Translations under genes and position numbers: made by a program
The notes under the pieces: model-generated
The model's database searches: none
What the model saw: the letters and a program-made list of their open reading frames with translations, nothing else
What the model was told of the DNA's origin: nothing
From: the human T2T-CHM13v2.0 reference genome, Homo sapiens
Direction: 5' to 3' (one strand)
DNA length: 64,000 nucleotides
Assembly (NCBI RefSeq): GCF_009914755.1
Contig: NC_060929.1
In this document: in pieces, positions 28,146-43,350 of the stretch
Layout: each line of letters starts with the position of its first letter
Position numbering within the stretch: position 1 is the stretch's first letter

Positions 28146-28988
28146 TTGTTTGTATCCTATTTTGTAAGCATTTTTCATTTATTGATTCCATATTATATGC
28201 TACATTGTAATACACCCCAGGAAGCAAACAGTCCATTTGATGGAATTGGCTTCTTTTTAAATAGAAATGGTTTGCAGTATTTTTTAATGGAGAGGAGAGG
28301 GAAGGAAGGAGAAAAAATTAAACCATTGCTCATCATAGATCTGTGTTTTATTGCACAGATGAATAACTTACCCTTTAAGAAGAACATTTAAGTAAAACTT
28401 TTAAAGATATTTTTCTCACATTTTAGGTTGCTGTTTCTAACATGTAGGACATTGTCATTTTGGAAATAAACCAAATAACCCTCAATAGTCATGTTTTTCA
28501 AAAATATCCATCTTTAAAGATGTCACAATTTCTCCCTGTAGTTTTACTTTCAACATGACCTGCTGTCTTAATATGAAAAGGCATTTGAAATGAGCTTAGT
28601 TCACTATTAATGAAACTTGTCTCAGGGTCACAGTAATTTTTTGTCTGCAATGAGGTTCTTCCTTTAGATTCTTATACTTCTTTTGAAGAACTGATGTGTT
28701 CAGCTTTAAATAATAAACTAAACTGCTCTCTCTTGTGTCAGAATGCAGGCCAGGTGGCCAGACAGATAACATGACAACTTAAGGAAGGAATTTCCTACTC
28801 TTTCTTACCTTATGAACTATACTTTCATTCCTCTTCAAATGCTGGCAAGCAAAACAAAAATGTTCTTATAAAAGGATGGGAGGAAGAAAAACAGATTTCA
28901 ATTCATTATGGCCAATTCAGAAGTAAGCATGACAGTATATTTCCAAAACCAAACCAAACCTTCACTTCTTTAGAAGCAAGGAATAAGC

Positions 28989-30054
28989 TGAAGACTAAAA
29001 TAAAAGTCCTACACTTCTTCAACAGACTAATGGACCCTCTTTTGGCTAAAAGTCTCCAAAGTTTTAATTCCTGGACGTGGTAGGACAGAGGCTGGCCATG
29101 TCCCATTTGCTGCTACCCACCTTTCCCTTACTAATCATTACTAGATTTTTATCAAAGGTTGACTTGAGAAGAACAAAAGACCAGAGTACTTCTTTGCCCA
29201 CCTCATTCAACCACCCAGTACCCTCCTCCTGTTTTTATGGTTCTGACATGACAGCCATCCCAAGCCACAAAGAGCCTCTTGAAGGATTACTGCTGGCTAC
29301 AGATCAGTTCAGACTGATCTCCTGAGAGTATGTAGTTCCCTGGACTTGGCCGTACGCTTTGCCTTTTTACCTATGGGACCTAATGATAATGCATTTAAAT
29401 GTTAAATCTCCACCCCAACGTGAATCTGGATCATATGTTGCTGTATGTTTCATATATGTAAACCTAATACACGTGCACAACTTATGTCCATGAATATTCA
29501 TAACCTTCTCCTATACCCTATAAAATATGTGTGTCCTGCTTCCCCATGCAGCAGAAATACCCACCTCTACTTTCTCCCCTTTGAAGCTCTATTAGTCTGT
29601 TTTCACACTGCGGATAAAAGCATGCCCATGACTGGGCAATTTACAAAAGAAAGAGGTTTAATTGGACTTACAGTTACACATGGCTGCGGAAGCCTCACAA
29701 TCATGGCGGAAGGCAAGGAGGAGCAAGTCATGTCTTACATGAATGGCAGCAAGCAAAAAGACAGAGCTTGTGCAGGGAAACTCCAATTTTTAAAACCGTC
29801 AGATCTCTCGAGATTTATTCGCTATCGCCAGAACAGCATGGGAAAGAGCTGACCCCATGATTCAATTACCTCCCACCAGCTTCCTCCCACAACAGGTGGA
29901 AATTCAAGGTGAGATTTTGGTGGGGACACAGTTAAACCATATCAGAAACATGCTTTACGGTCTCTGCCAGAGGCTTGCTTCCCACCTGCAGGATGTAACC
30001 TGCCTAGAAATAAAATTCTTTAATTTGCTGAAGTTGATTCTTTTTCAGTTGACT
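28989..30054 (+). mobile_element. MER39/MER34-group ERV1 solo LTR, split by THE1B
   Basis: tg...aaaataaaa start, gcatttaaatgttaaatctccacccca, catgaatattcata, agaaataaa and cagttgac end. Confidence 0.75.
29588..29944 (-). mobile_element. THE1B solo LTR
   Basis: t.tattagtctgttttcacactgc...gaaggcaaggaggagcaagtca...ggtggggacacag..aaaccatatca; TSD gaagc/gaaac. Confidence 0.93.
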
Positions 30055-30492
30055 ATATAGATATAGATAGATAAAGATATAGGGTACAGATATTTCAACC
30101 TGAATCAGCAATATGAAAAATGGAACTAGAGGTTCTATCTCTAAGCTATTAAGAGAGAAATGGGAACTTATGATGCTTATCCACCTTGGAATAAAATTTA
30201 AAATTACTAGGAAAACTACTAACGTATAGAAAACAGATTTAAATGTTATGTTAAGGTAACTTTTTTTCTGTAAAGGAGTCGCTTGGGGTTTTGTGAGTTT
30301 GGCATCATGCGATGTGTGTAGTCTGATTGGTAGACTTGTTGGCACACTTGTAACATTTCTCTAATGGTGACTCTTGAATTGCTCCTCTTCTCTAGAATGC
30401 ACTGTCTGAAAATTGAGAGTGTCCATAGTCATCATAGTTGTTCAATTTGTACCCAGTCTGCTTGAACTGAGTACTCCTCAGAAAATTGGGGT

Positions 30493-30990
30493 TGTATTAT
30501 TTTCTATTGTAACACATTACCCCAAACTTAGTGCTTTAAGGAAAAATTTAATATTGTATAGCTCTGTTGGTCAGAGTCTGACACAGTTCTCACTGGGCTA
30601 AAATCAAGGGACAGGTAGAACTGTGATCATTTCTGAAAACTTTAGGGGAGGATTCCTGACCTTGTCATTTCCACCTGCTTGAGGCTACCGTCAAGCGTTG
30701 TGGCTCATGGCCTCTTCTTCCATCTTCAGAAGGGAGATTTGAACCCTCCTTGCACTGCATCACTCTGACTTCTTCTTCTGCATTTCTCTTCTCCTTTTAA
30801 ATGATAACATTGTCCCTCCTCTCACTGAGATAATGTAGGATAATCTTTTTATGTCAAGGGCAGCTGTTTATCAAACTTAATCCCACCTGCAACCTCAATA
30901 GCCTTTTTCATAGAACAATATATTTATAGTTTCCTGGGATTAGGACATTGATATCTTTGGGGCCAGAGAGTGCCTTATTCTTCCTATCAC
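30493..30990 (-). mobile_element. MLT1D-like solo LTR
   Basis: tgtatta..ttctattg...ctcactgggctaaaatcaagg...ggctcatggcc.cttcttccatcttca...ggattaggaca...attcttcctatcaca. Confidence 0.82.
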
Positions 30991-31689
30991 AGAGACTACA
31001 TTTGCCCTCTGTGTTGCTTAGCTTGTATTGTTCAATGCTAACTTTCACAAAGAGATCATAATTTAATCACTAAGTGTCTCCATTTGAGGAAAGTTACACT
31101 TACGAATATATCATAGAACCATTACTTGATATTCATGTAAAAGACTGGTTATTGTCAATAAAAATTAGAATAATTATTGGAAAAATCGTTTGATTTCAAA
31201 GTGAAGTGAGTAACAAAATGTGGATGCAAATTCACTCTCTTTATTAAAAATCAAAATAATGAGCGTCATATGTAGTATTCATTATTTCTTTGATGAACTC
31301 AGTTTGGAAATTTTATAAACAACCAAGCAAACTGAGAATATGGCCACGTGATAAAACTAAACAGGAAGGTTTAAAGACATACAGATAAGCTAACTTGAAG
31401 GGAAGAATAGAAGATTAAACCAAATGTTGAATAGAGCAAACAAATCAGTTGTTAATTTTAGATTAAAAAATCATTATCTTCTTTAAAGACCTTGACAAAT
31501 CAGGTACCTAATTAACAGTAACTCAATTAAGCATCTCATGCATGAAACACAGCACTCCATTCTTTTGATTTCATTTTTTGCAAAATTAAATTTTAATTTA
31601 AGTAATATTTTGCTAGAAATAACAAAAATAATCAACAGAGCAATCCTACTTAAGCAGGACTTTATGCCTTCTCTGCTTTTGACGTAAAG

Positions 31690-31937
31690 TAAAACTAATC
31701 ACAAGCATTCACTATGCATGAGAAGCTAAGATTTTATATAGTTTAATTAATGTAACCTTCAAATAATTGACACAAGGAAGTCCATATTATCATTCTCACT
31801 TTATAGATGTAAAACCTGAAGCGCTGAGAGGTTAAATAACTTACTTAGGAATAGCTATATTGTGAAAGATAGATAGCCTTTCTAACCCACACATCCTGGC
31901 TTCATAACTTCAACTATTAAGTGGTTCCCTACTGTCT
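31690..31937 (-). mobile_element. MIR SINE
   Basis: MIR core attatcattctcactttatagatgtaaaacctgaagcgctgagaggttaaataactt. Confidence 0.78.
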
Positions 31938-32346
31938 TCTAACATGGGTCACATACAAGTCTTTTCCTTCTTAAATGGAAGACTCCCAAAAGCTTATATG
32001 GTTGAAATTTGATCAGTTATCATGAGAATTAAGAAAAAAATATATAATTTATTTCTCATGTTATTGGACAATTTATCAAACTTTGCATCTTTTAGATTTC
32101 CGTTATTCTGTTCTTCCTAGGGTGAGCTATGCTATGTTGCATTATTCATTCAACTTCTACATTTTCGGCCTCAAAATCACAAACCTCAATGCCTGCTAAA
32201 TGTAAACAATGTAAGTTTTTACAGCTTGGAAATAATGAGAGTCAGTCAGTTAGAATGTTCTTTATCTCATTGGGCCTGGATATGCATGCCTGCTGTCATT
32301 CCTACTCAGCTCAGTACTTTGGAGAGAGGACAAGGTCAAGATGACC

Positions 32347-32907
32347 ATTTAATAGTTTTCTATGGCTGTATAACAAATTACAATAAACTGAGCAGTGTAA
32401 AACACAATTTATTATTTTACCGTTTCCGTGGGTCTGGAATCAGGATATGGATTTACTAGGTCTTTTGCTCAGGGTATCCCTGGGTTGAAATCAAGGGACT
32501 ACAATTCCATTTTAGGTTTGGAGTCTTTTTTCCAAGTGGTTTCATGAATAATTCATTTCCTCGTAGCTATAGGACTGCAGTTTTCAGCTCCAAGAATCAA
32601 CCCATTGTTTTTGATCTTGTGGCCTTTTGGGAAACATAGCAATCTGCTTCGTCAAAGCCGATAGATGAGTGTCTGTCATCCGATGCTTCACTTTTTAAAA
32701 AGTGGCTCAGCTCAGTAAATCAGTACACAAAAACAATCTCCATTTTGATTCACTACAAGTAAGTTGATAGCAATTGAATCATAGGAATGATATCCCATTA
32801 TATCCACATGTTTCCCTGCACATGTTATATGGAGAGGAAGGGTTATATGGAGAATATGTACCTGGAGTCAGAATACTTGGGGCATCTTAGAATTCTGTTT
32901 GCCACAC
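32347..32907 (-). mobile_element. MLT1E-like solo LTR
   Basis: agttttctatggctgtataacaaattac...ctcagggt...gaaatcaagg...ggggcatcttagaattctgtttgccaca. Confidence 0.75.
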
Positions 32908-33413
32908 ATCATTTTCCAAGTTTGATACAAACATTATAAACCATCCATCTTCCAAGTGTCTAGGTTAAAAAGATTTTACTCTTAAAATTCAGTAATGTGA
33001 TGGATGAAGTTTTAATATCCATTATTGATTATTATGTATATTTTCAAATGTAAAATACTAAAGTCTATTTTGTTGATTTGGAACATAGTGTCTTTTTTGC
33101 TGTGAAGATGTTTCACAGTTGAATTTTAGCGTTCCTGTTCTATGTCAAACTGTCATTTGAGAACTTGAATATAAACAATATGCGATATGTTTATTTCTAT
33201 ATTTATTTGTGGTATTTTAATTGAGTTTTCTTATATATACTAAGTTGACATTATTTAATTTATTGAAAGTTTAAGACTTCATTTAGTTTAAAAAGCAAAT
33301 AGTCTATCTAAACTAATAAAAGATCAAGACAACAGCTTAAGTCTGATTAAAACTTCTAAGAATTTAAGGAATTGGGAGTATTTTACTGAATCAAAGCTGT
33401 TTGTGCTTTATAG

Positions 33414-33741
33414 CAGGGGTTCCCAACCCTTGGGCCATGGACCATAACCTGTCAGTGGTCTGTTAGGAACTGGGCCACACAGCAGGAGGTGAGCATCAGG
33501 CAAGCAAGCATTACCATCTGAGCTACACCTCCTGTCAGATCAGCGGTGGCATTAGATTCTTATAATAGCTCGAACCCTGTTGTGAATTGTGCATGCCAGA
33601 GATCCAGGTTGCACACTCCATATGAGAATCTAATGCCTGATGATCTAAAGTAAAACAGTTTCATCCCAAAACCATTCACCCAGCATAAAAATTGTCTTCC
33701 ATGAAATCCGTCTCTGCTGCCAAAAATGTTGGGGGCTGCTG
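33414..33741 (+). mobile_element. MER1B hAT-Charlie non-autonomous DNA transposon
   Basis: Termini caggggttcccaac...gttgggggctgctg, MER1 core ctcctgtcagatcagcggtggcattagattct; 8-bp TSD ctttatag/cttcacag. Confidence 0.93.
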
Positions 33742-35938
33742 CTTCACAGAATGTAGCTAGATCTACTATCGTGGCTCAATAGCACAAAAATCTAATCACT
33801 GTTTGGGGGTCTCTTCGAGTGAGAAAGAAACTTAGGGTCAGACTAACATGGGAAATAAAAAAAAGAAAATACAGTGTTAAATGTTACACTGTTTTCTTGA
33901 GTCCACAAAAAATATTTTCTTATGGTGAATAAATTGACTTTTAATCTTATGCTCACTGCATAGGTGCCAGGGAAATATTCTATCCAGCAAAAAATATTTT
34001 CCAACTTCATGGCTGCAACAAAAATATTTGCTAAAGTGTGGAATTATCTCCCCTGTTGGGACTGAGAGGCTAAGCAAGGGAAAGCCTTATATATTATGGC
34101 AACTCCTGTGATCATTTTGAGACTTTGAATATGTTACAAATTTCACGTGATGGTATTCCACTAAGATGACATATGGGCACAGCAGATGCTTGCCTACAAC
34201 TTGACCTGGAACTGAAAGTCCATTGTAAAGATAAACAATGTTAGCACTCCTCTAGATAATAGGTAATTTGACTAAAAATGCATCTACTTATTATTCATAG
34301 AGGATTTTCATAAAGTTTTTGAATACACATTTTTTAACAACAAAGGTTTAATAATTTATGTAGTTCACGTAAGGCAATTAGTTCTCATGCAACAAAATTA
34401 ATTCTCACATTTAATTATCTTTTTATAACCTAGTTCTGTACAATGCAGAATATCATTTCTCAAGAAACAATGTAATAAATAGTGCTTATATTATCAATTA
34501 CTCTGTTCTCTTTATTCAATTTATAATTTATCCAACACAATGCAAGTTAATAACAATATGGTTAAGCATATAATAGTCGTGATGATAGCTGAGTAAATTG
34601 CTATAAAATAAAACAAACTACTAGTAAAAGTCCTTAGTAGAGTCAAGTACCAGTAATTAAGGAAAACCAGCTAATTAGATATAAACAGAATTTTTGGTTA
34701 CTCACTTGGCTTTTAAATAAAAATCATACTAGGTTTTGTTAACTATAATTTTGCTGCAAATCGTCTACTTTGCATTTTTATAAAGCATATCCATCGCTGT
34801 TTATAATTTGCATAAGCATTAGCTCTGATTAGTATATAGTGCTATCTCCCAAGTAAATAGAGAAGTTCTGATTTTATTGCATCTAGCACAGGCCTATTAT
34901 GTAATATGTTTTCTTTCAGATTATATATTGTCATTGGTTCTTGAGGTCATTAATTCTCTGTGCCATCTGAATTTCTCATATTTTGGATTTTTCCTGCCAT
35001 GTGAATTTTTTGTGTGGATGTTCTTTGCAGCTGTTTATGTTGTTGCTGCTGTTGTTTTTTTTCGCCTTCAGTAGGATTCTTTTGTTTCAGTTATGTATTG
35101 TTGAATAACAAGTTATGTTAAGAGTTAATGGTTTAAAAACAAATTATTATCTCTTATGATCATGTGGATTGACAGTGCTCAACTTTGTGGATCTTGCCTT
35201 GCTTTACCAACATCATGTGGATGTGATCAGATGGTAATGCAAATTCAGACTTTGTGGTACCAAGAAACACAGATTTCCAATTATTTCGAGATGGAATTTT
35301 TATTTTGACAACTACTTGCTTAACACATATAGGCATCTTGTCATCTCCTTCAACTGAAGTGTGGTTGTTGACCTTCCTTTTCACGTAGAATTTAGTTCTT
35401 TTTTTTATGGTAAAAGGTAAGTTTTGTTTTTCTTTTTTATGTGAATATTCTATTTTTTCAGGATGGCTTGTTGGAAATATTTTTCTTCCATTAAATAATT
35501 TCACAAATTAATTAAATACAAATGTAAAGTCATCTCATTCTTCATTCTCTAGTTTTTTCCATTAATCTGTCTATTCCTATCACATAGGCCACACTATCAA
35601 GCTAGCTCATATCAAGTAATTAATGAGGTGCCCTAAAACACTTTAGTTTTCTAGTAGATTTTCACTATTGTAGGTTCATTATGTTTCCATAAAAATTATA
35701 GAATCAGCTTGTCAATTATAACAAAAAATATATATTATTTTTATTGGGATTGTTTTGAAATTATATATCATAATGAGAGTGTAGATATCTTAGCAATATA
35801 GTCATCAAATAATGAACATGGTATGCACTAATTAAGGCTTTATTGCCTTTATTATTTATTGTCCTTAAATAGGGTTTTCTTTATTTCAGCAATTTTTATA
35901 GTATTTGTTTCTTCATTGAACAAACAATAAATTGATCA

Positions 35939-36352
<414 letters not shown>

Positions 36353-38057
36353 TTAAAAATAGTTTTTAGATATACAGTCATTTATAGATTACTTAGGATA
36401 TCTGCCTTCTTCTTTTAAAATTTCTCTCTTTATTGCATTGGGTAGCACCTCCACTATAATGTTTATTTAAAATAATAAGACAGAATCATCTTTCTTGTTT
36501 CTCTTCTTAGGACGAATATGTTCAGTCCATTTTTCAGTTACAGCAATTAGAATGATAGCTGTAGGTTTTTTAAAGATGTTATTTAGTGCACTGAGAAAGT
36601 TTATTTCCTTTGAGCTTTTACAGAAATTTGTTCACATGAATGGGTATTAAATTTTGTCAAAGGTATTTTAACATCTATCAAGAAGATTAGATAATGTTTC
36701 TATTTTCATCTGTAAGTGTTTTAAATTGCATTCATCTTCAAATATAAATTAAGTTGCATATTTAGGAAAAAGCAGATGATATATTGCACTATTTGCTATA
36801 GTAGAATATCTTAAGAATGTATTGGAGCATATATATATATTTCCTCACTATTTGATTCATCTAAATGAAGATTTTAAATTTTATTCACCTTTCTAATATT
36901 CCAATTTTGATTTCATTGATATTCTCTGTCATTTGACTAGTTTATTAATGTCTGCACTTATCTTTCTCGTATCACATATTTTAATATTTCTTTTCTGTAA
37001 TACATTAATTTGTAGTATTTTTTTCCCAAGACACTTTATATTCCCAAATTTAGATAAGTTGCATTTTTATCCTCATTTAGGTCCAAATGAGTTCTACTGT
37101 TTTTGTTATTTTATATTTGACACATGCATACATTGGAATGGTTTGTTAGTTTACAAAATATTTAGAAGTTTTAAAGATATCTTTCTGGCATGTTTCACCA
37201 GTATTTAAAAGTTTTAAAGATATCATTCTGGCTTATTTTCACTTAATATAATGACCTCTACTTCCATCCTTGTTGTTGCAAATAACAGGATCTCTTTCTT
37301 TTTTATGGCTGAATTGTACTCCATTGTGTATAGATATCACTTTTTCTGTATTTATTCATCTCTTGAGGAAGACTTAGGTGGCTTCCAATTCTTGGCTGTT
37401 GTGAATAGGGCTACAATAAATCATCAAAGTGCAGATATTTCTTTGATATAGTGATTTCTTTTGAGTATACATGTTAACAGCAGGATTGCTGAACCATATC
37501 CTAGTTCTATCTGAGAAACCTCCAAACTGCTCTCCTTAGTGGATGTACTAATTTACATTCCCCCCAACAGTGTAAGAAATTTCCCTTTTCCCCATATCCT
37601 CACCAGCATTTCTTATTGCCAGTCTTTCGGATAGAAGTCATCTTAACTGGCGTGAGAAAATATCTCATTGTCGTTTTGCACAAAAATACAGACTTTACAT
37701 GTTCTCACTTGTTTGTGGGGGCTAAAAATTAAAACAATTTAATTCATGGAGATAGAGAGCAGAATGACCATTACCAGAGGCTGGCAAAAATAGTGGTGGG
37801 GGAGGTAGACAGTGGGATGGTCAATGGGTACAAAAATATAATAATTAGATAGAATGAATAAGATCTAGTCTTTGATAGCTCAACAGGGTGACTATTGTTA
37901 CTCAACAATAATTTATTGTACGTTTAAAAATAATTAAAAGAGTATAATCGAATTGCTTATAACACAAAGAAAGAATAAATGTTTGAGGAGATGGATACCC
38001 CATTAACCCTGATATGATTATTATGCATTGTATGCCCATATCAAAATATTTCATATA

Positions 38058-39486
<1,429 letters not shown>

Positions 39487-39499
39487 TTCATATACCCAT

Positions 39500-39793
39500 T
39501 ACTATTTTATTTTTTATCTATATTTTTGAAACAGAGTCATGCTTTTCTTGCTCAGTGCTACAGTGCTATAGCCCCGACCTCCTGGGCTCAAGCAACTCTC
39601 CCACCTTAGCCTCCCAGGTGGCTTGCACTACAGGTGCACACCACCATGCCTGGCTAATTTTTTTGTTATTTTTTATTTTGTAGAGATGGTCTCACTATGT
39701 TGTCCATGTTTGTCTCAAACTGCCGAGCTCAAGCAATCCTCCTGCCTCAGCTTCCAAAATGCTGGGATTACAGGCATGAGCCACCACCTCCAG
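39500..39793 (-). mobile_element. AluJ
   Basis: acctcctgggctcaagcaa and gagctcaagcaatcctcctgcctcagc (J-type); degenerate T-tail. Confidence 0.88.
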
Positions 39794-40109
39794 ACATACA
39801 TACCACATAAAAATATACACCAACTATGTACTCACAAAAATTAAAAGTAAAAGTGTTTAAAAGAAGAAAGCTTTCTGGGTTTTTATTAATAATATAATTT
39901 CTCTGAGGTTAGAAAACATATGTGTATAATATCATTTTAAAATAACTTAAGCAAGTATCAAGAACCAGCAAAACATTCTAGCATGGTGAATGCTTTATGT
40001 GTACTCCAAAAGGATATGCATACTTCAGGTTTTGGATGTAATATTGTATCAGGTAAAGTAGATTGTGTTGGTTGATAATATTGTACAAGTATTCTGTATT
40101 CTTGCAGAT

Positions 40110-43100
40110 TTTTTAAAAGTAAACTTTTATTTTGGAATACTGTTAGGTTTATAAAAAAATTGCAAAGATAATGCAGAAAGTTCCCATATACCCACCACTC
40201 AGTTTCTCCTATCATTAACATCTTACATTGTATGATCCATTTGTTACAATTAAGAAGTCAATGTTGATATATTGTTTTTAATTAAAATATATCATTTATT
40301 CCAAATTTTAGTTATTAGCTTATGTGTTTTCTGTTCAATGATCCCATCCAAGATACCAGATTTTATTTAGTTGATGTCTCTGTTGGCTCCTCCTAGCTCT
40401 GGCAGTTTCTCAAACTATTTTTGTTTTTGATGATCAGGACAGTTTTTTAGAGGACTGCTCAAGTATTGAGATTTTTCAGATATTTTTCTCAGAATTAAAC
40501 TAGGTCTCTGCATTTTGGAAAGAAAGGCAGCAAAGGTAAAGTGCAATTTTCATCACATCATAACAAGGGTACATACTATAACATCTGACATCACTGTTCA
40601 ATTTTACCTTGATCGTATGGTTGAGGCACTGTTTGTTTTTGAAGTTTCTCCACTGTAAAGTTACTGATTTTTCCCCCTTCTTGGGCTCCATTCTTTGGAA
40701 GGACAATATTACACGCATTTCAAACTTAAAGTGATAAGTTATGTGTAAAATCCTAAAAGGTAGAGTATTCACACATATTATTTGAAATTTTTCTCTATAT
40801 TACATTTTTATATTCTTTCCAATTTATTTAAACCATGTGTTTACATGACTATGAAATCATGAACATTATTTTTACTTTGTTTTTTCATTCAGTTATTTTT
40901 AATCCCCAAATGTTGGGGGCTCTTCCAGTTGAGCGAAGAGTTTTCCTTTGCCATATTTCACAATATTTGGAAATACATATGCCATATTTCCATTATATAC
41001 AGCCATATAGTCCATTAAATCCAAATGTATATTTACAACATGTTCCAGAATCATCTTTTATATTTTGTATATTTATTATGGGCCTTAGTCCTAAGTCAGC
41101 CATTTTGCTAAGAAGACTCAGCTTATCTCTAAATACTTCTATATGTAATTATTTTTATCTATATTAAAGTAAGCATTTAAAACTCATAAATAAATAATTC
41201 ATTTTGATGTCTCTAGGTACAGTCTATCTCATGGTTTATTTTAGCTTCTTCCCCTTATTTATCTGTAAATTTACACTCCAATAGTGAGAAACTTACCTCT
41301 CACAATTTGCCATCAATTACACAATTTTTAGTCCCGTATACATTAATAAAGTATCTCTGCTGTTAACCTACACTCTCATGGGAAGTAATATTACCAATTA
41401 GAGGATAGTTTTATGTTCAGTTTATTTTTTTCTTTAGTCCCACTTGACCTAGGACACCACTAATATTTTTACTGTCACTGTAATTTGCCTTTTCCAAAAC
41501 CTCCTAAAATTTGAATCACTTATGCAGCTTTTCCATACTGGCTTGTTTCACTTGGTAATATGAATTTAAGTCATGTATTTTTATGACTTGATGGTTCATT
41601 TATTTTGATCAATGAATAATATTCCATTGTGTGTGTTATCAAAATTTGCTTATTCATTCTTCTTTTGAACAGCATCTTGGTTCTCTCCAGTTTGGGAGAT
41701 TATAACTGTCTTATAAATATTGATATGTAGTGTTTTCAGGAGGATATAAGTTTTCAAAATTTGTTTAAAGTTTTATTTTATGTTCAGAGGTACATGTGCA
41801 GGTTTGTTACGTAGGTAAACTTGTGTCATAGGGGTTTGTTGTACAGACTATTTCACCACCCAGGTATTAAGACAAGTACTCATTAGTTAGTTATTTCTGA
41901 TCCTCTCCCTCTTCCCACCCTTTGCCCTCTGATAGGAGGGTGGCTGCATAGTATTCCATAGTATATGTACAACATTTAAAAAATCTAGTCTGTTATTGAT
42001 GGGCATTTAGGTTGATTTCATGTCTCTGATAATGGGAATAGTGACGTGACCAACATATGTGTGCGTGGGTCTTTATAGTAGGATGATTTATATTCCTCTG
42101 GATATACACCTAGTAATGGGATTGGTAGGTCAAATGGTATTTCTGTCTTCAGGTATTGGAGGAATTGCCACACTGTCTTCCACAATGGTTGAACTTATTT
42201 TACATTCCCACCAACAGTGTATAAGCATTCCTTTTTCTCCACAACCTTGCCAGTATCTGCTATTTTTTTGACTTTTTAATAGCCATTCTGACTGGTGTTA
42301 GATGATATCTCATTGTGGTTTTGATTTGCATTTCTCTAATGGTCAGTGATATTGAGTTTTTTCATATGATTTTTGGCCACAGGTATGTCATTTTTTGAGA
42401 AGTGACTCTTCATGTCCTTTGCCTACTTGGGTTTGCTTTATTTTTTCTTGTAAACTGTTTTTAAGTTCCTTATAGTTGCTGGATATTAGACCTTTGTCAG
42501 ATGCATAGTTTGCAAAAATTTTCTCCCATTCTGTAGCTTGTCTGCTTACTCCATTAATTTGGTTTGCTGTGCAGAAGCTCTTTTGCTTATTTTAAAATTC
42601 ATAAAGAACCAAAAAAGAGGTCAAATAGCCAAGGCAATCCTAGGCAAAATAAATAAATAAATAAATAAATAAATAAATACAATAAATAAACCTGGAGGCA
42701 TCAGGCTACCCAACTTCAAACTAGACTACAGGGTTACAATAAACAAAACAGGACGGCACTTGTACAAAAATAGACACATAGACCAATGGAATGGAATAGA
42801 GAACCCAGAAATAAGACTTCACACCTACAGCTATCTGATCTCCACAAACGGACAAAAACAAGTAATAGGGGAAGAATTTCCTATTCAATAAATGGTGCTA
42901 GAATAACTGGTTAGTCATATGTAGAAGACTGAAACTGGATCCCTTCTGTACACCATGTACAAAAATTAACTCAAGATGGATTAAAGATGTTAATATCAAA
43001 CCCAAAACTATAAAAACCCTGGAAGACAACTAGGAAATTACATTCATGACATAGGCCTGGGCAAGGATTTTATGATGAAGACACCAAAAGCAATTACAAC

Positions 43101-43350
43101 AGAAGCAAAAATTGACAAATGGGATGTAATTAAGTTTTCACATCTTGTGGATAAATACATAGGTGCTTGATTGTTAGATTGATTACATGATAAGACTATA
43201 ACTTATGAAAAATTGTCAGTTTATTTTCCAAATCAGCTGTACCACTCTGCATTCCCACCAGACATGGATGAGATGTCTCATTTTTCTGCAGTCTCATCAG
43301 CAATTGATTGTCAGTTTTTTTGACTTTATCCATTGTAATAAGTGTATGCT
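40110..43350 (-). mobile_element. L1MC/MD-type 3'UTR and ORF2 end, split by L1PA (pieces 40110-41756 and 43131-43350)
   Basis: ttttattttggaata...aaattgcaaagataatgcagaaagttcccatatacc...gatcccatccaagatacc, a long L1MC/MD-type 3'UTR. Confidence 0.78.
41757..43130 (-). mobile_element. 5'-inverted L1PA (L1PA13-15-like) fragment
   Basis: Minus-strand 3' end 41757-42588, inverted plus-strand piece 42589-43132; TSD taagttttca 41747-41756 / 43131-43140; (TAAA)n at 42650-42690. Confidence 0.92.

Noticed and set aside
35160-35504. 114-aa minus-strand ORF in partly unassigned sequence as a possible exon or gene
   Set aside because: No recognisable domain, the start overlaps degenerate L1, and there is no convincing splice-site pair.
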